From: a virus
Virus record (IMG/VR): IMGVR_UViG_3300046170_000470
DNA length: 64,000 bases
Reading direction: 5' to 3' (one strand)
The position numbers were made by a program, and so were the translations under genes. The notes beneath the pieces are model-generated. The model was not told where the DNA came from, made no database searches, and saw nothing but the letters and a program-made list of their open reading frames with translations. Below, one piece after another: positions 1 to 7,585 of the stretch; within the stretch, counting starts at the first letter, position 1; every line of letters starts with the position of its first letter.

Positions 1-177
1 CACCTCCCTACATTTAATAGAATACACTCTAATTTACATCAAATATATCCTACATTATCTAATGATGCGGGAGCTGATGATTTAATATTTGCTGGTATGT
101 TTTTTAATATTTTGGACTTAGACACATTTTGTATACATTTATCTGAACCAAAAGTTAATTGGAAAGGCATAAAATAA
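1..177 (+). CDS. 3' end of an upstream ORF (possibly glycosyltransferase-related)
   Basis: Frame 1 is open from the window edge to TAA at 175-177 (...FCIHLSEPKVNWKGIK*); function guessed from context only. Confidence 0.45.
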   Translation, partial: HLPTFNRIHSNLHQIYPTLSNDAGADDLIFAGMFFNILDLDTFCIHLSEPKVNWKGIK

Positions 178-219
178 AAATTTTATCATATTTATAATAA
201 ATTAAATTAACGTATTATT

Positions 220-528
220 ATGGAACATACTTTTAAAATTACAAACCTCAACAGAGTGATTGAAAGTGGTTTAGTTAATAAAGTAAAATTTAGATTAGAA
301 ACTACCCACGAAGGTTTTCAAAGTGAATTCCCTTCTGCTGCTAAAGTATCTGGGTCTGTTACTGATGAAAACTTTATAGAATATGACAACCTAACAGAAG
401 AAATAATTTTAGGATGGATTACAGGTTCACTACCTGTTGCTTCTATGAAACATTATAATTCTTCTTCTATTGCAGAGCAAATGTCTTCATATGTGGCCCC
501 AACAGAAGACACAGGCACTCCTTGGTAA
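220..528 (+). CDS. Hypothetical phage protein, possibly tail-fibre associated
   Basis: 102-aa ORF after late-type motif ATATTTATA (188-196); F-I-x-Y-x-x-L-T-E-x-x-x-L-x-W pattern typical of small phage proteins. Confidence 0.6.
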   Translation: MEHTFKITNLNRVIESGLVNKVKFRLETTHEGFQSEFPSAAKVSGSVTDENFIEYDNLTEEIILGWITGSLPVASMKHYNSSSIAEQMSSYVAPTEDTGTPW

Positions 529-534
529 AATAAC

Positions 535-563
535 TAGGAGCATTTAAGTTAGTTACGTATATT
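535..563 (+). promoter_or_regulatory. Early/host-RNAP-type promoter (variant TAGG-N17-CGTATATT)
   Basis: Same 17-nt spacing as seven TTGG copies elsewhere. Confidence 0.6.
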
Positions 564-588
564 GGTTTTACCAAAATAAAAGTTATAA

Positions 589-1464
589 ATGAACATTATA
601 TTTCAAATAGATGGTGGTCTGGGAAAATCTATCATGGGAACAGCCATGGTAAAAATTCTAAGAAGACGATATAAAAACTCCCATATAGTAGTCTCTACAG
701 CCTACCCCGATGTATTTTTAAATAACCCCCATATTAATGAATGTTTTGAAACTTCACAAATGGGAGGGGCATATTTAAAATATGTTAAAGACCAAGATTG
801 TAAAGTTTTTGTTGCTGACCCTTACCATCATACTTCCTTTATAACAGAAAAAGAACATCTATTTAAAACTTGGTGTAAAATCTATGGTTTACATTATAAT
901 AATGAACAACCAGAAATATATTTAACACAACCAGAGAAAGATTATTTTATTCCTTTTTATAATACAGAAAAACCTATAATGGTTATCCAACCCAATGGGG
1001 GACCTCAAAACCAAGGTTTTCAATATTCATGGACACGAGATATACCTTTACCAACTACAAATGAGATAATTCAACATTATAAAAATGATTATTCTATTAT
1101 CCATGTAAAAAGAAAAGACCAATATGAATACCCAGATACTTTATTTGCTTTAGATGGTTTTAGAAGTATAGCTATTTTACTACAGTTATCTAAAAAACGA
1201 TTGTTAATAGATTCTTTTAGTCAACACTTAGCAGCCGCTATGGGTATAAAATCAACTGTATGTTGGGTATCTACAAAACCAAAAATATTTGGTTATAACC
1301 TTCATGATAATATTTTAGCCAATCCATTTACAAAGGAACCACAAATTCAAAATTCAATTTTCCAACCTTTTAATTTAGCACAAGATATTCACTCTATACC
1401 TTATAATGATTTAAATGAGGTATTTGATACAAATAAAATTATAGAATCAATAAATAAACAATAA
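589..1464 (+). CDS. Glycosyltransferase, GT9/heptosyltransferase-like (GT-B)
   Basis: N-terminal GGLGK, 'PDVFLNNPHI', and C-terminal 'IDSFSQHLAAAMG' (GT9 DS-x-x-x-H-x-A-x-A motif). Confidence 0.75.
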   Translation: MNIIFQIDGGLGKSIMGTAMVKILRRRYKNSHIVVSTAYPDVFLNNPHINECFETSQMGGAYLKYVKDQDCKVFVADPYHHTSFITEKEHLFKTWCKIYGLHYNNEQPEIYLTQPEKDYFIPFYNTEKPIMVIQPNGGPQNQGFQYSWTRDIPLPTTNEIIQHYKNDYSIIHVKRKDQYEYPDTLFALDGFRSIAILLQLSKKRLLIDSFSQHLAAAMGIKSTVCWVSTKPKIFGYNLHDNILANPFTKEPQIQNSIFQPFNLAQDIHSIPYNDLNEVFDTNKIIESINKQ

Positions 1465-1465
1465 T

Positions 1466-1964
1466 ATGATATACTGGCTAACCTGGTCAGCCATGTGCTG
1501 GCAAAACGATATTAGGAGATTTATTACAAGAGAGTTACTTACCTAATGCTTTTAGAATAGATGGAGATGATATGAGAGAATTATTCTCTAACAAAGATTA
1601 CTCTATTAAAGGTAGAGTTGAAAATGTAGGGACAGCCCAACGTATTGCTCACTACCTCCACAATCAAGGAAATGATGTTATTGTTTCTTTAGTAGCACCT
1701 TATTTGGATCAAAGAGAAGATTTTAAAACACTTTTAGGTGATAATATTAAAGAAATATATGTTCACACAACAGAAGCAAGAGAACGTGACCATTGGAAAG
1801 CAATTGCGTATATTGCTCCTCAAGATAATTTTATTGATATAGATACTACAGACGATACACCTGAAGAATCTTTACAAAAGATAATCAATAATTTACCTAA
1901 AAAATACCCTGAAGGGTCTTTACTAAATGAATTACCCCCTTCAGATTATCAATTAGATAACTAA
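1466..1964 (+). CDS. cysC: Adenylylsulfate (APS) kinase-like; one +1 indel near 1482
   Basis: Joined frames read MIYWLT-GQPCAGKT (P-loop)...IDGDDMR...GRVENV...VIVSLVAPY, all APS-kinase motifs. Confidence 0.8.
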
Positions 1965-1965
1965 T

Positions 1966-2311
1966 ATGGAGAAAAAAAATACATACTTTTGTGATATAGA
2001 TGGTACTATATTCAAATATCGTAAATTTGAAACATATGAGACAACAAAAGCTGAAGGAATAAAATCCACTATAGATTATTTAGATCAGGCAGCAAGTGAA
2101 GGACATATGATTATTCTAACCACAGCTCGCCCCTGAATATCTTAGAATACATACTGAAGTAGAATTACACGAAAACTATGTTCCATATGATAGATTAATT
2201 ATGGGAATAGAAAGAGGCCCTCGTTATTTAATTAATGATATGGATCCGAATAAACCTGGAGAACGGGCTATTGCAATAAATTTAGAAAGAGATGGCGGAA
2301 TTAAAAGCTAA
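1966..2311 (+). CDS. Small HAD-superfamily phosphatase; one +1 indel near 2131
   Basis: Not in the ORF track: MEKKNTYFCDIDGTI (HAD motif I)...ILTTARP...RYLIND. Confidence 0.75.
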
Positions 2312-2693
2312 AGCAGATAAAGAAAGTTCATCAACCGAAGTAAAATATTCATTTTTTGCAGGTCGATGGCAACCATTACATAAAGGACATCTTTGGTTAA
2401 TTAATGAAAGATTAAAAGAAGGGTACAACGTTTGGTTAGGAATTAGAGATGTTAAACCAGATGAAAAAAATCCATGGACAGCAGAACAAATACTAGAAAT
2501 GGTAAAAGAGGGTGAATTAAAGGAACTTATAGAAGAAGGTAAAGTCCTTCCTACTATCATTCCGGACATTGAATCTATTAACTATGGTAGAGGAGTAGGA
2601 TATGACATTATAGAACATACCCCTCCAAAAGAAATAGGTGATATTTCAGCTACTTCTATTCGTAACCAAATGAAAAAAGATGGCAAGCTATAA
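2292..2693 (+). CDS. HxGH nucleotidyltransferase (cytidylyltransferase-like)
   Basis: GRWQPLHKGH and C-terminal ISATSIR motifs. Confidence 0.85.
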   Translation: MAELKAKADKESSSTEVKYSFFAGRWQPLHKGHLWLINERLKEGYNVWLGIRDVKPDEKNPWTAEQILEMVKEGELKELIEEGKVLPTIIPDIESINYGRGVGYDIIEHTPPKEIGDISATSIRNQMKKDGKL

Positions 2694-2874
2694 AGAAACA
2701 TTATTAAAAACCATTATCTGGAGAACTATAGCTACTATATTAACTATATTAACAGGATGGGCGGTTACTGGTAATTATAAATTTGGTTTAGCAATTGGAG
2801 GTATAGAAGTAGTAATAAAAATGGTAAGTTATTTTATATTTGAAAGACTTTGGGATAAAGTTTTGAAAAAATAG
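2680..2874 (+). CDS. Small membrane protein, DUF2061-like
   Basis: K-T-x-x-W-R...E-R-L-W pattern with two hydrophobic segments; typical neighbour of cysC. Confidence 0.7.
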   Translation: MASYKETLLKTIIWRTIATILTILTGWAVTGNYKFGLAIGGIEVVIKMVSYFIFERLWDKVLKK

Positions 2875-2906
2875 CCCATATTTATAAATAACTTTAAAAC
2901 ACACAT

Positions 2907-3389
2907 ATGAGTTGGACCTATCAAACACATGAAATAGGCGATATTACTCAATTCCCCGAAAATACATTTGGCTTCGTTTATATAACAACACACAAACCTA
3001 CGGGTAAGTCTTATATTGGGAAAAAGGTACTATTTCATAATAAAAAACAAAAACTAGGTAAAAAAGATCTAGAAAAGCTTCAAGGCATAGTAGGTAGAAG
3101 ACCTTCATATAAATTGGTAGTTAAAGAATCAGATTGGAAAACATATTATGGGTCCCAATCAGATATTAAACAACTACTTTTAGAAGGTAAAAAAGGTGAA
3201 TTTGAGCGCACTATTTTAAAAATGTGCCCTGATAAAAAATCTTTAACTTATTTTGAAATAAAATACCAAATGATATACCAGGTATTAGAAAAACCAGATG
3301 AATTTTTTAATGATAATATTTTAGGTAAATTTTTTACAAAAGATTTAAAAGACATTGAATTTGAAGATTTCGTGTCAGAACATAAATAG
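2907..3389 (+). CDS. GIY-YIG endonuclease-family protein
   Basis: FGFVYIT...KSYIGKK...YYGS...E...N; preceded by late motif 2878-2886. Confidence 0.75.
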   Translation: MSWTYQTHEIGDITQFPENTFGFVYITTHKPTGKSYIGKKVLFHNKKQKLGKKDLEKLQGIVGRRPSYKLVVKESDWKTYYGSQSDIKQLLLEGKKGEFERTILKMCPDKKSLTYFEIKYQMIYQVLEKPDEFFNDNILGKFFTKDLKDIEFEDFVSEHK

Positions 3390-3407
3390 TTTTATATATT
3401 ACCATTC

Positions 3408-4338
3408 ATGGTAAACCAGTTATTAGTTACATTAGTAAACTCTGTAATGGGTTCGGGCAAAGCTACTGCCCGAAACAATTATGCATATCACTGTCCTTTC
3501 TGTCACCACCATAAACCAAAAATGGAGGTTAATTTAACAGAAAATCGTGAAGGTAAAAATCCTTGGCACTGTTGGGCTTGTGATGTAAGAGGTACTACTA
3601 TATATTCTTTATTTAAACAGTTAAAAGTAGATGTAAATAAGTTTACTGAGCTTAAATCACTTGTTAAAACATCTAAATCAATAAAAGAGACACAAGTTGT
3701 GTCTAGCGTATCGCTTCCAAATGAATATATTAGCCTAAATAACGTGGATAACAGCGGGATTATGGCTAGGCACGCGCTCGCGTACCTAAAAAATAGACAC
3801 GTGAGTAAATACGATATTATAAAATATAATGTAGGTTATTGTAAAGAAGGTTTATATAAAAATATGATTATTATACCAACATATGATGCAGATGGTAGAT
3901 TAAATTACTTTACTGCTCGTTCATTTGAAAAAGAACCATATGTTAAATATAGAAACCCATCAGCAAGTAGAGATATAGTACCAAATGAACATTTAATAAA
4001 TTGGAATGTACCAGTTATTTTATGTGAAGGGTTATTCGATGCTATTGCTATAAAAAGAAACGCAATCCCACTATTAGGGAAAAACATACAGAGTAGCTTA
4101 ATGAAAAAAGATAGTTACCTCTGTAGTAGATAAAATTTATATTGCATTAGATAGGGATGCAATTAAACAAGCTTTGAAATTCTGTGAGCGATTAATGGCA
4201 GAAGGCAAAGAAGTCTATCTTGTAGATTTACAAGATAAGGACCCGAGTGAGATGGGTTTCGAAAATTTCACTAGACTTATACAAAATACAGTTCCACTTA
4301 CCTACTATGATTTAATGGAACAAAAACTAGCTATATGA
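3408..4338 (+). CDS. DNA primase (Zn finger + TOPRIM); +1 indel in A-run near 4105
   Basis: CPFC...HCWAC, CEGLFDA, and the shifted frame continues IALDRDA...KDPSEMG to TGA at 4336-4338. Confidence 0.9.
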
Positions 4339-5115
4339 TCAAAAAATCATACAAAAGATTACTAGAAATTTCAGATGACTATCAACAAGTCACAATGCCC
4401 TGATTCAAGGTATTATAGACGAAATGGTAAATATTACCCTTCAGTAACCCATGTTTTGGGTTCCTATCCAAAAGGTAAATACTTTGAAGACTGGCTTAAA
4501 AAAGTAGGCTATAGTGCTGAATGGATTGTTAAAAAAGCAGCAGAAGAAGGTACATTAGTCCATGAAATGATTGAAGACTGGTTAAATGGCAAAGAACTTA
4601 ATTTTTTATATGAAAATGGAAACCCTAAAATGCCTACTCATGTATGGCAAATGTTCCTTAGATTTGTAGATTTTTGGGAGACTTACACCCCAACACTAAT
4701 TGAAGCGGAAGTACATTTATTTTCAGATGAAATACAGGTAGCAGGTACCTGTGATTTAGTATGTGAAATTGAAATAGATGGTAAAATGGAACGTTGGATT
4801 ATAGATTTTAAAACGTCTAATCATTTACAAACCACCTACGATTTACAGAGTGCGGTATATGCTCAATGTTATGAAGAATGTTATGGTAAAAAAATTGATC
4901 GCATAGGTGTATTATGGTTAAAATCTAAATCTAGAGGTGAAGATAAATCTGGTAAACGTTTAAAAGGTAAAAATTGGGAAGTGTATGAGTCACCCCGTAC
5001 CCAAGAAGAAAATATAGAAATATTTACTCATGTTAAAGCGTTATTTGACATTGAAAACCCTAAACCAAAACCATACACAAACACATTCCAAACTACTTCA
5101 AAGAGAACCGTGTAA
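4335..5115 (+). CDS. PD-(D/E)xK exonuclease; +1 indel near 4399
   Basis: YPSVTHVL, GTLVHE, AGTCDL, IIDFKTS, Q-x-x-x-Y; N-terminus MIKKSYKRLLE... lies in the preceding frame. Confidence 0.85.
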
Positions 5116-5119
5116 AAAT

Positions 5120-5148
5120 TTGGCTACCCGGGCTATCTTTCATATATT
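5120..5148 (+). promoter_or_regulatory. Early/host-RNAP-type promoter TTGG-N17-CATATATT
   Basis: Recurrent intergenic motif with invariant spacing. Confidence 0.75.
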
Positions 5149-5172
5149 TACCCTGTTGATAATTAAGTCAAC

Positions 5173-5433
5173 GTGTTAAATAAAGGTTATATGATGAGTC
5201 CAGAAGAAGTTTATTTTGCAGAACAAGAGTTCAATCGATTTGAAGAGATTATGAATACAAAAACATACCTTACAAAAGAGGAGTATGATTTTTGTTTTGC
5301 ATATGACAAAGATATTAGAGAAGATACTTCATATATTGGTAATTATAGTAAATTAGGTGATTACTTAAACCTAAGAGTTTATACTGAATACCTCCACCAT
5401 GAGCATGTTCAGAGAATGGAAAGTGGAATTTAA
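5173..5433 (+). CDS. Hypothetical early protein (likely start ATG ~5191)
   Basis: ORF after promoter; AAATAAAGGTTAT leader before the ATG. Confidence 0.6.
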   Translation: MLNKGYMMSPEEVYFAEQEFNRFEEIMNTKTYLTKEEYDFCFAYDKDIREDTSYIGNYSKLGDYLNLRVYTEYLHHEHVQRMESGI

Positions 5434-5451
5434 AAGTAATGCACGGGAAGC

Positions 5452-5480
5452 TTGGCTTCCCTGGCTAGAGTTTGTATATT
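5452..5480 (+). promoter_or_regulatory. Early/host-RNAP-type promoter TTGG-N17-TGTATATT
   Basis: Recurrent motif. Confidence 0.75.
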
Positions 5481-5511
5481 CACCACGTATTAATGATTAA
5501 AAATAAAGGTT

Positions 5512-5772
5512 ATGTCTATTTTAAGTAAAAAAATCAAAAGTTTAAACGACGGGGAAAGTTTTAATTTTAACTATAAGGATAAAAAATATGAATTTTGTTG
5601 TTATTCTTACTCAGATGAAAAAAAACATTATTCAGTTCGTGATGCAAGCAGCTTTTTAGGTGCAGGCATGAATGTTGAAAAAATTACCAAAAAGTATATT
5701 TCATTATATGACTATAACTTATTTAATGTTAGATCAACATATAAAATCCCAGTTAACAAAATAGAGATATAA
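5512..5772 (+). CDS. Hypothetical early protein
   Basis: 86-aa ORF with AAATAAAGGTT leader. Confidence 0.6.
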   Translation: MSILSKKIKSLNDGESFNFNYKDKKYEFCCYSYSDEKKHYSVRDASSFLGAGMNVEKITKKYISLYDYNLFNVRSTYKIPVNKIEI

Positions 5773-5775
5773 GTA

Positions 5776-6243
5776 ATGAAAAAAATAGTATATTTACACG
5801 GTTTAGAAAGTGAAGCAGGAGGTCCAAAAGTGTCTTTCCTTGCTGAAAAAGGTATGGTTTATGCTCCTGCTATGGATTATGAAACATTAGATTTAGATGA
5901 ATTCATTTATACTTTAGGTATGCCTGATTTAATTATAGGCTCTAGTATGGGTGGTTATATTGCTGATATGATTGGTTCTAAATTAGGGGTTGATGTTTTA
6001 TTGTTTAATCCTGCTTTACACAGTAGAAGTATTGAATTTGATTTTGATAATGGAATTGGTTATGGGGGTGAAAGTTATAAACGTACTATTGTTTTAGGTA
6101 CTGAAGATAATGTTATTAATCCTGAAATGACTAAAAAGTTATGGCCTTGTTATGATAATAGTGCAATATTCGATGAAGTAGAAGGTATGGGTCACAGAAC
6201 ACCACTTGATGTTTTTATCAATATGTATAATAAACATGCTTAA
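5776..6243 (+). CDS. Alpha/beta-hydrolase, YqiA-like esterase
   Basis: YLHG, GSSMGG nucleophile elbow, LLFNPAL, D and GH catalytic positions. Confidence 0.85.
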   Translation: MKKIVYLHGLESEAGGPKVSFLAEKGMVYAPAMDYETLDLDEFIYTLGMPDLIIGSSMGGYIADMIGSKLGVDVLLFNPALHSRSIEFDFDNGIGYGGESYKRTIVLGTEDNVINPEMTKKLWPCYDNSAIFDEVEGMGHRTPLDVFINMYNKHA

Positions 6244-6245
6244 TT

Positions 6246-6791
6246 ATGATCAAATTAGTAGATCTATTAAATGAAATAGATATCCCTAAGAACAAATGGG
6301 TTACTATCCCTGCTTCTGAGTTAAAGGATTATAGTGAAGAAATTTATAAATTAATTGATAACGCTTATGCTCAAATAGGTGGTCATCCTAATTATAAATC
6401 CGCGGATAATGTAACCGGTAGGGAAGCTGAAGCAGAATATGAAATAATTGATTTAGATGATGATCCCGAAATTGATGCAGTATCAGCTGCTAAACCAAAA
6501 GCAGCAGGTAAAAAGTTTACAGCAACGGGGCATGATGGTTCTAGTGCAGCTAAATCTAAAGTAGTAAACCATAAAGCTGATCAATTAAAATCCGGAGGAT
6601 ATTATGTTGAAGTATCAGGTAAAATAAAAGATATATTTAAAGCTAAAGGTGTAGAAGCTATTGATAATGAAGAATTAGTACGTAAAGTACTTAAAGGAAA
6701 AGAAATTGAGTGGTTAGGTAATGGAGAATATAAAAGAACAATTGGTGGTAAAGAATTTACCAAAGCATTAATGGGAAAACCAACAGTATGA
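6246..6791 (+). CDS. Putative internal head protein
   Basis: Late motif ATATGTATA at 6221; leader MIKLVDLLNE ends in L-x-E. Confidence 0.55.
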   Translation: MIKLVDLLNEIDIPKNKWVTIPASELKDYSEEIYKLIDNAYAQIGGHPNYKSADNVTGREAEAEYEIIDLDDDPEIDAVSAAKPKAAGKKFTATGHDGSSAAKSKVVNHKADQLKSGGYYVEVSGKIKDIFKAKGVEAIDNEELVRKVLKGKEIEWLGNGEYKRTIGGKEFTKALMGKPTV

Positions 6792-7585
6792 TAAGTTTAG
6801 TACAATTATTAAGAGAAGCACAAGGTGGCCCAAAAGCGATTATCCTAGCAGGAGCACCTGGAGCGGGTAAAGGATATATTTTACGTGGTTTAGACTTAGG
6901 AGGCCTAAAAGTAATGAATGTAGATGATATTTATGTTCCTTTACTAAAAAAAGCTAATGTTACATTAGATTTAAAAAATGCAACCCCCGAAGAAAGAAGT
7001 GAGCAAGCTAAACAAATGGCAGCCGCTAATAAACAATTCAAAGGTGAAATGGAACAAATAATAGCAGGTAAAGAATCGTTTATATTAGATGGTACCGCTG
7101 CATCATATAATTCCACAGCTAAGCTAAAAGCTGAGTTAGATGAAGCGGGGTATGATACATTTATGCTTTATGTTTATACAGATTTAGAACGTTCATTAAG
7201 CCAAAACCAAGACAGATACGTAAAATCAGGAGGTGAAGATAGAAGTTTAGCACCTGCAATTGTAATGCGTACTTGGAAAAGTGTAACAGATAATTTACCT
7301 AAATATGAAGAATTATTTGGTAATAATTTTGTAGCAGTAGCCAACACATTAGATGATAGAATGCAAGATATAGATAAAATTATAAAAAAATATCTTAAAC
7401 CATTTACTCCTCAAGGCACTAAACCAAAAACACCAGCTCAGCAAAAGAAATCTGATGAGCGAAAAGCTAAGGACAAAGAAGAAATTCAAGCTATGTTAGC
7501 TGACGATTTTATATATGATGTAATTGAATACACTATGTCTAAGGAAGAGGCACAAATGAGATTAAAACAATTTTTATCTAAATGA
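6788..7585 (+). CDS. Zeta-toxin/AAA_33-like P-loop kinase with putative capsid-targeting leader
   Basis: AIILAGAPGAGKG, MNVDD, FILDGTA, S-x-x-x-N-x-x-R; leader MISLVQLLRE. Confidence 0.75.
   Translation: MISLVQLLREAQGGPKAIILAGAPGAGKGYILRGLDLGGLKVMNVDDIYVPLLKKANVTLDLKNATPEERSEQAKQMAAANKQFKGEMEQIIAGKESFILDGTAASYNSTAKLKAELDEAGYDTFMLYVYTDLERSLSQNQDRYVKSGGEDRSLAPAIVMRTWKSVTDNLPKYEELFGNNFVAVANTLDDRMQDIDKIIKKYLKPFTPQGTKPKTPAQQKKSDERKAKDKEEIQAMLADDFIYDVIEYTMSKEEAQMRLKQFLSK

Noticed and set aside
4335-5115. Exonuclease as Cas4 of a CRISPR system
   Set aside because: No array or other cas genes, no four-Cys cluster pattern; ordinary phage exonuclease next to primase
6788-7585. Zeta toxin of a toxin-antitoxin pair
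   Set aside because: No epsilon-like antitoxin evident; leader and context fit virion cargo better
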